A model generated the notes under the pieces. It searched no databases, was not told where the DNA came from, and worked only from the letters and a program-made list of their open reading frames with translations. A stretch of 64,000 nucleotides of DNA from a virus: IMG/VR virus record IMGVR_UViG_3300005721_000046, one strand, 5' to 3'. Shown here piece after piece: positions 9,601 to 18,505 of the stretch; within the stretch, counting starts at the first letter, position 1, and each line of letters opens with the position of its first letter. The position numbers were made by a program, and so were the translations under genes.

Positions 9601-11436
9601 AATAGACTCATTATCGTATTTTGATTTTATATCTTTTAGACTTTCGCCTGTCTTGACGGCATTGCTGATAGCCGCTTCGCGCTGTTGACTAATAAGATTT
9701 TCAGTGTCTTCATAATCGCGCTCAAGGCCATCGGTTCTTGAATATAGAATATTTTCAACGGATCTTGCGCCCGCTTCTGTGTCCTGACGCTTCTTTTCAG
9801 CCTCAATAACCTCGCGTTCCTGTTCTATTTCTTCGCGCTCTTGTTGATTTTTCTTGGAATCAACAAGCGCTTGTTTATATACGCTTTGCTCATAATCCGT
9901 AACATCAAAGCCCTTGCTTAAATCATAAAACCACTGCGGTTTTTCGGTCAGCTTGGCTCGTGATAAAGCAGTTTCTTCCGCCTTTTTTAACTCCTCAATT
10001 TTGGCATCAATATTTCTTTTGGTCTCTTCGTAGTTTTTGGTTGAGCCATTTCTAGCGGCCTCATACGCTTCGTCCGTTTTGCGTTTTGCCTTATCCGCCG
10101 CGCTCTCCCAGTTACCAAAGAGCTCAACAATTCCCTGAATTGCTAAAATGCCCAAACCAATCAGCGGGATTGAAGCTGTAATTCCCTTAAGCGCGGTTCC
10201 AAAACCGAGTGCACCTATTTGAAGACTGGTAAATACGCTCTGTCCGGTTTTTAAACCAACAAAGCTATCTTGTATTGCTGTAAGCCCCCAACGGACTTCT
10301 GTGATAGAATTTTTAAGGTTCTTTAACGATCCAATCGCATAACCACTGAAGGCTGAAAACAACTGGGAAAGCTTGCTTACAACATATATACCACCTGCCG
10401 TCTCGATTATTGACAGCAAGGCATCGCGATATTCCCAAACATACTTCAGTGAATTCTTTAGATTTATCGCAACATTGGCTAGCGCTTGTCCGAACTGCTG
10501 CGCATAAACCTTTGCGTCGTTCGACTTTAGAAACTCGTTGATATCCTTAAGATCATCTTTGATAACCGAGAAAAATGCGTTACCGCCTGTATCAGTCGCA
10601 AGTAACTGCAGATTGGTTTTAAGCTGACTCATTTGTCCGGAAAACGACTGCATCATACGATAGCTAGCGCCACCATATGTGCGTTCCATTTCATCAGCCA
10701 GTTTTTTCAACGACGACCGAGCGTCAAGTGTGCCAGTTGCTACAACTTTTGACAACTGAGCGACGGTCAAACCCATCGAGCGTGCCATCAACTGCATTGC
10801 AGTTGGCATATGCTCGCCAAGTTGCTGTCGCAATTCTTCCATCTGAATGACTGACTTACCAGCCATTTGCGTGATAGCAACGGAAACACGATTTAATTGC
10901 TCATCTGTGCCGCCGAACGCCGTTAAACCGTCCATAAAGGATTTTAACATGCCGCCTTTGGGATCCAAACGAGCGGCTTTCATTTTAACGAACGCGTCAG
11001 TAATGGCTTTTAATGAGAATGGCGCTTGTTCGGCCTCTTTTCGCAGCCATGCGACGTTTTCCGCTGCATCCTTAATCGGATCGCTTGCCGTGGACATCGC
11101 TCGCATCTGATAGCTTAGACGTTCCATCTCGCTATTAACACGAACGATATCGCCTAAAAAGCCGCTTGAAATAGACGAAAAGACGGAAATAGCCTGTGAA
11201 AATGCGCCCGTTATAACCGAAACGTCACGCAAGACACCCGTAAACGACTCTCCGGCGGACGTCATACGACGAAGCCCGGCAGCGGCCTTGTCGCTACCGG
11301 ACTCTATTTTTTGTACAGAAGTTGCTACTTTACCAGCACTTGTTTCAATGCCTGCCAGAGAACTTATGGCGTTTTTCAGATCAGACTGAAATTTGCTGGA
11401 ATCGAGTTGAAGCTCGACTTTGATGGGGGAAGTCAT
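6697..11436 (-). CDS. tail tape measure protein (1579 aa) with embedded LAS/M15 zinc peptidase domain
   Basis: Size and position downstream of the G/T chaperone genes. N-terminal TMP-like region, long coiled coils and Gly-rich segments. Internal M15/VanY-like motifs 'SEHAFGNAIDI' and 'DPMHFEW' at about 8360-8700. Confidence 0.9.
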   Translation of the reverse strand: MTSPIKVELQLDSSKFQSDLKNAISSLAGIETSAGKVATSVQKIESGSDKAAAGLRRMTSAGESFTGVLRDVSVITGAFSQAISVFSSISSGFLGDIVRVNSEMERLSYQMRAMSTASDPIKDAAENVAWLRKEAEQAPFSLKAITDAFVKMKAARLDPKGGMLKSFMDGLTAFGGTDEQLNRVSVAITQMAGKSVIQMEELRQQLGEHMPTAMQLMARSMGLTVAQLSKVVATGTLDARSSLKKLADEMERTYGGASYRMMQSFSGQMSQLKTNLQLLATDTGGNAFFSVIKDDLKDINEFLKSNDAKVYAQQFGQALANVAINLKNSLKYVWEYRDALLSIIETAGGIYVVSKLSQLFSAFSGYAIGSLKNLKNSITEVRWGLTAIQDSFVGLKTGQSVFTSLQIGALGFGTALKGITASIPLIGLGILAIQGIVELFGNWESAADKAKRKTDEAYEAARNGSTKNYEETKRNIDAKIEELKKAEETALSRAKLTEKPQWFYDLSKGFDVTDYEQSVYKQALVDSKKNQQEREEIEQEREVIEAEKKRQDTEAGARSVENILYSRTDGLERDYEDTENLISQQREAAISNAVKTGESLKDIKSKYDNESIKAQKKLYQSQLASLEDELKKQQGLLKKYSNADAENTQNGLGKNYYLGAIKKIKDLQNEIKKKINDLSPNKMDPELLASPVNNEQTRIKNGNKALLKLKETIFDLQGEISGATNAFSQMFAKVSAGKYGELDSAEEAVKRMHQELLQMAAEKTVFDKMREGFTGLQNDIDQIKKKTLDQHIQNVIRKEEADRGGIKLSETEKLKIAIREGKYFGIGPSSVIENQFDDLAKNVNSQTKLAATLGDAFRENAFGNTTIAKINDVKMSLDGVSNSLSGISGLANGIDIGTSLRNVGAVNNQSPTNNLGLSGPQFGPNILGQLNSLTSGIAEVNDTLKGSANLMSKNMGRWGNPTSPDWQGNNITRITTHNGKSVNVHKEAAASFLGFLNDLEEQGYQINSLGGYNLRTKRDGRSLSEHAFGNAIDINPSQNPMGKNFMTDMPANISELAAKWGLTWGGDWKNTKDPMHFEWTGRRSFLQKDATLLKSPELNFDPAKNALLNASSNINANVDESINALDEKVRAAQKESFSADINELKSKAKQELLEIYNRPFDAGNKYDAARQSMLNNGEDPKNERNQRILESMRQLDVQSTLATKDQKLRNDMKEDELKLTSQIAEYNKKAANPNYQGQSQEIKNILLTYDQLLNKAEQLGEGKNGPVYKSIEAAKSDAVRKQAQLELAQRKAATAQETQDIRDSLLTQSQLRQTQLQRDMAAVDEWAQHMRQNGADEIAITEEVEQKKANIRQKYAQQINPVVKQMREWADINDQIEKSETGWMDSLAGGIAGVITGAGNLRSVIDGIINDITKIGVKGLLSSIFGGQKVSLKSDSGATGSAAKSMFTKSAAVHHSGGMIGDRGAFRSVSALAFLGAPKMHGGGIVGGGLLPSEVPIIAKKGEAVLTPEQMRAAGSFQQNRLVQIQAPITVNGSAGSPEQNEDLAKRMSKELDGTMRAIIADEMRKQSRPGSFLNNRSR

Positions 11437-11447
11437 AACGCACCGTT

Positions 11448-12157
11448 TTATCCGTTGATGCGGCTCTTGTTTTTCAAAGCGTGAAGACCGTCGCGATCAA
11501 ATTCCGGATCCAATCCTGTCTCTGTGTCGATAACAATCTCGTTTGAAACCGCTTCGTCCCACACATAAATTTTTCCAATTTGATTTGATAAATGGTCATA
11601 AGTTGCTTTAAAAGCATCGCCGCTTTGAGCCGACGCAAGTAACTGAAGCTGTCGAAGCTCCTTTTCGGCTCGTAATCTGTCGATCTGATTACTCAAAAAC
11701 CAAAATCGACGAAGTGGTGTTTGTAATAGGTCGTCAAAACCTATGCCGTATTCTTTGAGAACTCTGGCGAAGAGAAATCCAAAATCTACTGATTTCAGTC
11801 CGCCTTTTGGGCGTTTCCCGATTTTTTTGCCTCGGTTATTTCTTCTTCATCGTCCGACACAATTTCACTATTTGCGCCGCGAGCTGTTTCGGCCAATGTA
11901 CGAAGTTGCTTGAACGTCCATTTCCGCACCTGTTCGGCTTTGAGTGTCGGAAATGCACGCAACACTATTCCGATCATAACTTCCACCTCTTGCCCCGCCG
12001 TCGCGTTTACACCAATGGAGTCAATCGCTTTCATGTTTTCAATAAAATCTGCGACCGTTGCTTCTTTCATTTTGTGCTTCGCGCCGTCGACAATAAGTTC
12101 GACCGGAGTTGGGTTGCGAATCTCGTCCAAGTTAATAATTTTGGTTTTCGTGGTCAT
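11448..12157 (-). CDS. tail assembly chaperone G-T fusion produced by programmed -1 frameshift
   Basis: The -1 frame is open from the A AAA AAA heptamer (plus-strand T7 at 11822-11828) through to 11448, joining the 82-aa ORF. This is the conserved phage G/GT arrangement just upstream of the TMP. Confidence 0.6.
11795..12157 (-). CDS. tail assembly chaperone G-like (120 aa)
   Basis: Small acidic protein immediately upstream of the TMP. An A7 slippery run lies at its 3' end. Confidence 0.65.
   Translation of the reverse strand: MTTKTKIINLDEIRNPTPVELIVDGAKHKMKEATVADFIENMKAIDSIGVNATAGQEVEVMIGIVLRAFPTLKAEQVRKWTFKQLRTLAETARGANSEIVSDDEEEITEAKKSGNAQKAD
11822..11828 (-). other. slippery heptanucleotide A AAA AAA (programmed -1 ribosomal frameshift site)
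   Basis: The minus-strand reading 'GAG GCA AAA AAA TCG' is seen directly. The downstream -1 frame has no stop until 11448. Confidence 0.6.
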
Positions 12158-12228
12158 AATTTTCTTTACACTGTTAATGATTTAGCGAAATGCGCGCCCG
12201 CATCTTTTTGTGGACGCGCAAGTGAGTT

Positions 12229-13038
12229 TTATTCTTTACCAACCGAGAATAGACGACCATCTTCGCGTGCATAGCCTTTGAAATCGGCCTTATAAACACG
12301 TTCATTGTCTGTTTGATAGGCAAAGTTGAGCGCTCCAGGGCAGGCTGCGCGATAAACAGTGAAGTCGTCCTCGCCATTTGTACCAATCGGGCGCAATACG
12401 AGTGTTTTAGCCATATTAAGCAGATTGATATTAACGCCGGTCGAAACGATCGCGGCGGCCTTTGTCGGATTCACGCCGCCGGTTAAATCCGTGGTATTCA
12501 AACCTGTTCCGACTTTAGAAATTTTGCCATTACCGATTGTACCACGTTGTTTAGCTGTAATAGTTACAACAGCGTTATTGGCTTCTGCGGTGTAATCGAT
12601 CTTTGCTGCGTTAATTGCGGCGGTAAGTTTAACGGCTGTTTCTTCCGGCGTAGCGCAAATTTCAATCTCGTGATCATTTGTAGGAAATGATTTAAAAGTG
12701 AAAATGGTGTCATTGATAGAAACTTCGTTGCTATCAACAATAGGATCACCGGTAAAAGAGATCGTACCTGTTGCTTTTACGCCATCACTGACGAGTTTTG
12801 AACCCGGCATGATAGCAACCAAATTTTCAAGAGTGGTCTCCGCAAGTGGGGTTTTTACAGTTACGGTACGACCTGTAATCAACTCGGAAATAGGTGTTTC
12901 GCCGAACTGATCGACTTTTACATCATGGGTGGTTGTTGCGACTTCGACTTCAACCCCGCCTTTGGTGTAGCCGAGATCATTTCCGTCAAAAAGAATAGTG
13001 CAAACGCCAAGTTTGACGTTCTCAGTGGACGATGCCAT
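12229..13038 (-). CDS. major tail (tube) protein (gpV-like)
   Basis: 269 aa and Thr/Val-rich with a beta-rich pattern. Position immediately upstream of G/T and TMP. The hairpin motif in the leader is shared with the capsid gene. Confidence 0.65.
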   Translation of the reverse strand: MASSTENVKLGVCTILFDGNDLGYTKGGVEVEVATTTHDVKVDQFGETPISELITGRTVTVKTPLAETTLENLVAIMPGSKLVSDGVKATGTISFTGDPIVDSNEVSINDTIFTFKSFPTNDHEIEICATPEETAVKLTAAINAAKIDYTAEANNAVVTITAKQRGTIGNGKISKVGTGLNTTDLTGGVNPTKAAAIVSTGVNINLLNMAKTLVLRPIGTNGEDDFTVYRAACPGALNFAYQTDNERVYKADFKGYAREDGRLFSVGKE

Positions 13039-13168
13039 TGCAAGCTCCTTGTTACATACAGTCTGATTATTTTGTTATGAAAATTGTGGCCGGAACGACG
13101 ACATCGTTTAATCAACGGCAACACAAACGATATAATAGCCTAACTTTACGAATAATTCCAGAAAAAAA

Positions 13169-13186
13169 GGCAAGTGATTACTTACC
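13169..13186 (-). promoter_or_regulatory. hairpin motif copy 3 (GGCAAGT-N4-ACTTACC), about 130 nt upstream of the major tail gene
   Basis: Same 30-nt context as copy 2 (AAAAGG[T/C]AAGT..ACTTACCATT.AAG). On the minus-strand RNA the stem keeps pairing through a G-U wobble and is followed by U7. Confidence 0.5.
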
Positions 13187-13300
13187 ATTCAAGGCAACAA
13201 ACCAACTTGAATTTGTTGTGAATAGATTGAATTGCGTTGGCGATTATTTGAATTTCTGGTTATTACACGCCAAACAAAATTTAATAGAGATTATATTATT

Positions 13301-13708
13301 ATGAAATTATTCCGAACTTCACTTTTAATCGCAATTACCTTTATACTGAACATAACGTCGACCTTCGCCGGGACTATAGCCGATGATGACGAATTAAAAG
13401 ATGAAATGGAAATGTTTTCCAGAGCAATCGGATTAGCAGATGCTATGGCCTCGAACTGCTCCAATGGAGAGGCTCTATCACGTGTAAAAATCGTGCGAAC
13501 TAGAGGTCTTGAGCGCTTTGCTGAAGCGGGGTTTCCGCAAAAAACGGTAGAGAAATTTGACGATTTTATTCAAAAACGTATTAAAACAGAGAGCGACAAT
13601 ATCGGTTCTAGATGTAGAGAGGATTCTCTAAAGGTTTATATGAGAGGGATAGAAATGGAATATAAACTTTTGGAGAACATTCTTAGCCGTTATGTCGGTC
13701 CGCAATAA
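13301..13708 (+). CDS. small secreted protein (moron) encoded opposite to the tail operon
   Basis: Start placed at the 'MKLFRTSLLIAITFILNITSTFA|GT' signal peptide. AT-rich upstream region. It is the only plus-strand gene within the 22-kb minus-strand structural block. Confidence 0.55.
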   Translation: MKLFRTSLLIAITFILNITSTFAGTIADDDELKDEMEMFSRAIGLADAMASNCSNGEALSRVKIVRTRGLERFAEAGFPQKTVEKFDDFIQKRIKTESDNIGSRCREDSLKVYMRGIEMEYKLLENILSRYVGPQ

Positions 13709-13723
13709 AAACGTTTGACTTAT

Positions 13724-14116
13724 TTAAATAACCGCAAAGACCGTTTGAAAATGTTGCGAAAATTCAATTCCATTTCCTTTAAGTCGTGGAAACTGTACAG
13801 GCAATGCCTCAGGATAGAACCGAATTATCTTGCAATTTTTCGCCTCATGTAATTCAGGTTTTTCTACAATCAACTCGTTACAAACTTTGTTAGCTAGTAT
13901 TTCGCCTTCAACCGGATCGACATGTCGGGTTATGATCTGAATTCGCGTTTTATGCCAGTCCTTGATGTAAGGATCGATTTTAATACCAGTGAGAGGGGGC
14001 TTGATCATAACGCCTATAGATACCTCTGCCGGCATCATTGCGTTGAACAAGGTTTTTCCCGGAACGACCAAGCCGGATTCGGTTAATTTGCTAATCAAAA
14101 CGTCTTCTATAATCAT
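13724..14116 (-). CDS. tail terminator / tail completion protein (gpU-position)
   Basis: 130 aa. Position between head-tail joining genes and the major tail gene. No diagnostic motif. Confidence 0.4.
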   Translation of the reverse strand: MIIEDVLISKLTESGLVVPGKTLFNAMMPAEVSIGVMIKPPLTGIKIDPYIKDWHKTRIQIITRHVDPVEGEILANKVCNELIVEKPELHEAKNCKIIRFYPEALPVQFPRLKGNGIEFSQHFQTVFAVI

Positions 14117-14119
14117 TAT

Positions 14120-14614
14120 TTACCGACCTAACGTTGATACCAAATTAAACATCTGCTTCTGCAGCTTTTCCTCTTCTTCTTCCGCTGCACGCGAGAGAAA
14201 ATGCGAACCCACCTTATCGCCATTTGGCCCAGCCATTTTAGCCAAGGTTCGAGGTCCGGGTTTATAAGCTTCGTAGTTTTCATGAATAATCATGGCGTAT
14301 TGATCAAGATTGACGTCCGCCATGAAAACTTCGCCGTTATCGCGGTCAACAACCTGTCCGCCAACAACAACGTCAATTTGCAGGCGTCCATTAATACCGG
14401 TTCTGTCAGACTCCACGCGGATAGAGTTTTTAAGTGCACCCGTATCTTCGGGTACATACTCCTTGGCGGTTTTTACAATGTTATTTGCGGCTCTGCGCAT
14501 TTGTCTACTTGCGCCATCAACAGCTCGCTCGCCTATTTGACGCAACTCAAGTCGGTTTTCTTGCAAACCTGTTACGCGTACTTTGCTCACGTTGCTACAA
14601 TCTCCAAGTCGCAT
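14120..14614 (-). CDS. head-tail joining protein, HK97 gp10-like family
   Basis: 'GALKNSIRVE' motif typical of the HK97 gp10 family. Position. Confidence 0.45.
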   Translation of the reverse strand: MRLGDCSNVSKVRVTGLQENRLELRQIGERAVDGASRQMRRAANNIVKTAKEYVPEDTGALKNSIRVESDRTGINGRLQIDVVVGGQVVDRDNGEVFMADVNLDQYAMIIHENYEAYKPGPRTLAKMAGPNGDKVGSHFLSRAAEEEEEKLQKQMFNLVSTLGR

Positions 14615-14934
14615 TCATAATGATCAATTTTTCCGTCAACGGAACGACGGGCAAATTTTGAAATAATCTTGTAACGAACTCCGTCGAAATCAAAACGATC
14701 ATTGATTTTTACGTCAACATAATTAGCAATGAGTATTTTGCCTCTCTCAACCGTCATTTCGTCGGCCGATCCGCGAGAGGCGGAGGAGTCGGCGCGTACC
14801 GAGGTTTTCTCCGCGCCTATTTCGAGATTTACAATTGCAAACGGACAAACACGAACCGGACTGTAAATTTCACGAGCGTGAACGTCATATCCTTCTAAAG
14901 TCGATATTGCACCAACGAGATTAGGCTCAAACAT
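14587..14934 (-). CDS. head closure / head-tail adaptor protein
   Basis: 115 aa. Position and size. Confidence 0.4.
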   Translation of the reverse strand: MFEPNLVGAISTLEGYDVHAREIYSPVRVCPFAIVNLEIGAEKTSVRADSSASRGSADEMTVERGKILIANYVDVKINDRFDFDGVRYKIISKFARRSVDGKIDHYECDLEIVAT

Positions 14935-14941
14935 TTTTACC

Positions 14942-15730
14942 TCATGTTCGTGCTACGGTCATGCGGTAATAGATATAACCTGCAAGCGCTGTTAGCGTTT
15001 GATTTGAAACGCCATAATCGAGCTTGTCCGGTCGTAAAGTTAGCCAGCTCTCGCCGATTTTTTCCGTAATCACTCCAGAACGACGCTTTCGCGCAATGCT
15101 ATCGCCTTGAAGCAATTCATTCGCTTCAATAAGCTGGGCTCTACGTAAAACCTTTTTAAAGTGTGTGGGAAACTCGTTAAAGTCGTCGCGTGTGAGCTCT
15201 TGCCACGTGTGAGCGAGAATAACATATTGCTTTCCAATTGGCCTGCCGTAGTTATCAAATCGATCAAATCGCATCGGGATGGAAACCAATCGATTATACG
15301 CCTCGATCAACGCGGATTTTTTCTGCTCTTCCGATGCCGCAGACCAACCAAGCAGATTGGGTTGATTATTAGCTTCAATCTCGGCCGCTTCATAAGTTTG
15401 AAACGTATTACTCATAATCACCAGTCGCTGTTCTGTCTCTATAACATAGGAGAGTGACTGATATATCGACCCATGCGCGGTGACGAGTTCGACACGGAGA
15501 ATTCTGGCCGCTTGTAGTTCTTCGGACTGTAACTTGTTAAAAGCCGAAGATATAACGATCGATTTTTCCTTGTCCGTCTGTTCAAACGGTAAAGAACCAA
15601 AGTCTACGATTTCGTTATCCTCGCCATCAAAAAGCGTGGCTTTGATTTCGGTCGGTTCAATAGAACTGCCATTTCTGTCAACGAAATTAACGACTACCTC
15701 GACGGTGCTATCTTCGACATAGTACTTCAT
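14942..15730 (-). CDS. putative head-tail connector / head completion protein
   Basis: Position between capsid-proximal genes and adaptor genes. No motif. Confidence 0.3.
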   Translation of the reverse strand: MKYYVEDSTVEVVVNFVDRNGSSIEPTEIKATLFDGEDNEIVDFGSLPFEQTDKEKSIVISSAFNKLQSEELQAARILRVELVTAHGSIYQSLSYVIETEQRLVIMSNTFQTYEAAEIEANNQPNLLGWSAASEEQKKSALIEAYNRLVSIPMRFDRFDNYGRPIGKQYVILAHTWQELTRDDFNEFPTHFKKVLRRAQLIEANELLQGDSIARKRRSGVITEKIGESWLTLRPDKLDYGVSNQTLTALAGYIYYRMTVART

Positions 15731-15735
15731 TCAGA

Positions 15736-16374
15736 TTATTCGCTTTCAGGTGTGTTATTTGACGCTTTTACATCCGAAACATCAGCAATCTCTGAGTTAG
15801 AAACATCGTTATTGGCCGCGTTAATGGCTTTCGAGAGATCGCCAGAAATCGCTGCCTGTTTAAGTGCGTTGTTTTCCGCAACTTCCTTTTCAATGGCACT
15901 ATCGATGCGTTTTTTACGTTTTTCGAGGAACTTTTCTTGAGCTGCCAAGATCATGTCGATGAGTGCCGGGATTGAACGATGTTTGACGTCCCAAATTTCG
16001 GCAGCTTCACGCAGGCCTTTAATACCTTCTTTATCGGCAATCGCTTCAAGATTTTCTCTGGTGTAAAAAGTGGGCTGCTTGCCTGACTCCATTGCTATAG
16101 AGAGATCCTCTCGTGCTTTTTCTGTCTCTGTTTGCCGAGAAAGCGGAGCATTTACCGGTGCATGAATTGTATTCGTGCTTAGCAATTTATAAGCGGCGCT
16201 ATTTCTACTCTCATTACCATCCACATCAATTTCGATCATTTCCATGCCGATTGATAGTCGACGTCTGATGTGGTCGGGTACAAACTCGTCCGAAACGCCA
16301 TTGGTAAAATGAACAACACCAAGGGAGCCAGTGTAATTTGCCCATTGCGGCGCTGTAATCTTTAATTTTTTCAT
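15736..16374 (-). CDS. hypothetical structural-module protein
   Basis: ORF directly downstream of the capsid terminator. Acidic C-terminus. Confidence 0.35.
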   Translation of the reverse strand: MKKLKITAPQWANYTGSLGVVHFTNGVSDEFVPDHIRRRLSIGMEMIEIDVDGNESRNSAAYKLLSTNTIHAPVNAPLSRQTETEKAREDLSIAMESGKQPTFYTRENLEAIADKEGIKGLREAAEIWDVKHRSIPALIDMILAAQEKFLEKRKKRIDSAIEKEVAENNALKQAAISGDLSKAINAANNDVSNSEIADVSDVKASNNTPESE

Positions 16375-16384
16375 ATGTTGTAAA

Positions 16385-16418
16385 TCCTCAAAACGAAAAT
16401 GGGGCGATAACGCCCCAT
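16385..16418 (-). terminator. rho-independent terminator downstream of major capsid gene
   Basis: Minus-strand RNA GGGGCG-UUAU-CGCCCC followed by AUUUUCGUUUUG, immediately after the capsid stop (16451). Confidence 0.7.
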
Positions 16419-16450
16419 AGTCGCTTAGATGGGGCTTTAAGTCCCATTGA

Positions 16451-17353
16451 TTATACGTTGGTTACGCCCTTCAGTCGTGCAAGACTATGAGTAGCTTTCA
16501 AAGCTGCGCCACAATACCAACGAAGACGCCAACGACGTGCATCGCGTTTTTCGAGAAGACCAAGATCGTCTACACGAATACCTGCTGCGTTACCGCCATA
16601 AAGACCATGGAAGCCATCAATCTCGTTGAGGCGCAAAGCATAAACAGACGTAGTCGCTGTGGCCGAACCCTGTTTTTCATCTGCTGGGATGAAATCGTTG
16701 ATAATGACCGGAGTACCGTCATAACATTTGATCGGCATACCAAAGTTTTTAATCATCATTGTTTCGGCTGTATTACCACCATGAATGCGATTGAGTTCGC
16801 GGATTGCTCGCCAAGTACCCGAGCGCATCATAATGACATCAGCACCGAGCTTGACCATGTCCTTGAGCTCATCAAGAGCGGCATACGAAATAGGATTGCC
16901 GTCGACACCTGCATCAAGCGTTTGATCGGCTGTAACAAGTTTACGTACGCCATCGAACTGCTTCGGATTGACACTTGTGTCACCTGTAACGAGATTCATC
17001 CTAAATTTGCGCCCCAAGCCTTTGGCTTTGGCTGCAAGCTGAAGAGCAACCTGATCGTTAAGTTGCGACTGCGTTTCGGCAGTGAAATTGTCAATATCGA
17101 CCTGTCCGGCCAGCACCTTCAACTTTGTTTCGACCTCGACGTATTTTGCTGCCGACTCTTCGATATCTTCATAAGCGTCATACCAATCGCCGGTCGGCAA
17201 TTCGCCTTCGCGGACATAGCTGTATACTTTATCTTTTGCTTGCACGAAGGGCACGAGTGCAAATAATTCGTCACGGTCAATGATTTCTTCGATCACGCCA
17301 CGCTGTTTGTCTTCCACAGATAGCTTTTCAGCCTCTTCGACGAGAAGCGCCAT
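16451..17353 (-). CDS. major capsid protein (HK97-fold, T7 gp10-like pattern)
   Basis: 300 aa following the scaffold gene. 'DQVALQLAAKAKG' resembles T7 gp10 'DQVALGKEIIAALTKA'. Strong terminator downstream. Confidence 0.8.
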   Translation of the reverse strand: MALLVEEAEKLSVEDKQRGVIEEIIDRDELFALVPFVQAKDKVYSYVREGELPTGDWYDAYEDIEESAAKYVEVETKLKVLAGQVDIDNFTAETQSQLNDQVALQLAAKAKGLGRKFRMNLVTGDTSVNPKQFDGVRKLVTADQTLDAGVDGNPISYAALDELKDMVKLGADVIMMRSGTWRAIRELNRIHGGNTAETMMIKNFGMPIKCYDGTPVIINDFIPADEKQGSATATTSVYALRLNEIDGFHGLYGGNAAGIRVDDLGLLEKRDARRWRLRWYCGAALKATHSLARLKGVTNV

Positions 17354-17473
17354 GTGTTTTCTCCTTGAAATTCGCCGAAAGACGGGAAAGACCGCAAAGC
17401 GGCTTTGAAACGTCAGAAATGAGGTTCGGAATGAACACCCGATAAATCGGCTATTATGTTTTTGGGGGGTGGT

Positions 17474-17491
17474 GGTAAGTTATAACTTACC
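17474..17491 (-). promoter_or_regulatory. hairpin motif copy 1: perfect palindrome GGTAAGT-TATA-ACTTACC in capsid leader
   Basis: Seen directly. About 120 nt upstream of the capsid start. Additional small palindromes nearby (ccgataaatcgg, ccgcaaagcgg). Confidence 0.55.
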
Positions 17492-17581
17492 TCTGGCTAT
17501 ATAAAAGACGTGCGAAATCACGCAATAGGCCAGACTACAGCGTGCAGTTTAGCCTAAAACGGAATAAATCTCAAGAGAAAA

Positions 17582-17599
17582 GGTAAGTTAATACTTACC
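17582..17599 (-). promoter_or_regulatory. hairpin motif copy 2: GGTAAGT-TAAT-ACTTACC just downstream of scaffold stop
   Basis: Seen directly. Shares a 30-nt context with the copy at 13169. Confidence 0.55.
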
Positions 17600-17611
17600 A
17601 TTTAAGCATTT

Positions 17612-18505
17612 TTAAAGCTTTTTAGAGCTTTCAGACTCCAAACCCGCGAATATTCGTGATTTTCCGAACAGATTTTGTCCGCCAGTTTTGTTTTGAGTTT
17701 TTAGATTATCAGTGCGAGAGCGTGCGCCTTCTTTGATCTTTGAACGCACCAATGTGTCGCGATCAGGATCCGCCTCAATAATTTTCTGAAAGGCCGTATC
17801 GAAGTTATAAGGATTGCCGGAACCATCAATCAACGGCGCGCGATTTGCAGCGCCAGCAGGTTTATCATAAGCAATCACTTGGCCGTCCTTAAGATCGAAA
17901 TAAGATCCATAAAGCGCACGAGCTTTCGTGGGTGTCAAAATGAGATTTTCGTTGATATATTTGGAATTTGCGAAATTCGCGCCAAGAGTTAAATTATCAA
18001 TCGTTGCCGCGTTTTGATCAAGTTTCTGTTTTAACTCGGCAATTTCTTTTTCTCGCGCCTCAATATCGCGTTTGTGTTCTTCGGCCATCATTTTTTTGGC
18101 CAGCTCGAAATCGCCTTTAGCTTCGGCCTCTTTTTGCTTTGCCTCCTGCTCGCGTTTCTTCAGATCGCGAACTTCTTTTGGCTCAATGCCACCATATTCG
18201 TTAATCTTTGCCCGCAACGCATCGAGCTCGCTTTGTGCTTTGCGTAGCTTTTCTTTCTTTTCCATCACTTCTTTAAGAAGTCCGTCATCTTGTTTGGGTT
18301 TATCAGAAGTTTCCTTTTGATTTTCCTGTGACGTTTTTTGCGTGTCGACTTTGCTGTTCTCAGCCGCTACTTCTTCGACAACGTTTTTTGAAGCCGTTGC
18401 AGTCTGATTTGCGGTATCCGCTACAGTCTGATTTGTACCTGCGCCATTAACGGTTTCAGACGTTTTAGCTTCGGCATGTGATGTTGCGGTATTTTCGGTA
18501 GACAT
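17612..18505 (-). CDS. capsid scaffolding protein
   Basis: 297 aa, highly charged with K/E-rich coiled coil ('EKKEKLRKAQSELDALRAKINE...'). Lies between the portal and capsid genes. Confidence 0.75.
   Translation of the reverse strand: MSTENTATSHAEAKTSETVNGAGTNQTVADTANQTATASKNVVEEVAAENSKVDTQKTSQENQKETSDKPKQDDGLLKEVMEKKEKLRKAQSELDALRAKINEYGGIEPKEVRDLKKREQEAKQKEAEAKGDFELAKKMMAEEHKRDIEAREKEIAELKQKLDQNAATIDNLTLGANFANSKYINENLILTPTKARALYGSYFDLKDGQVIAYDKPAGAANRAPLIDGSGNPYNFDTAFQKIIEADPDRDTLVRSKIKEGARSRTDNLKTQNKTGGQNLFGKSRIFAGLESESSKKL

Noticed and set aside
6697-11436. Plus-strand ORFs inside the tape measure gene (for example 7997-8404, 8714-8902, 10847-11110) and other antisense ORFs (16487-17266 inside capsid, 11807-12274 inside G, 19326-19598 inside portal)
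   Set aside because: They are embedded antisense within long, well-supported minus-strand genes and lack independent evidence.
13169-13186. Hairpin copy 3 as a simple rho-independent terminator
   Set aside because: The 7-bp stem with a G-U pair is weak for termination. The motif recurs in capsid-gene leaders without U-tracts, so a shared regulatory or processing role is preferred over termination.
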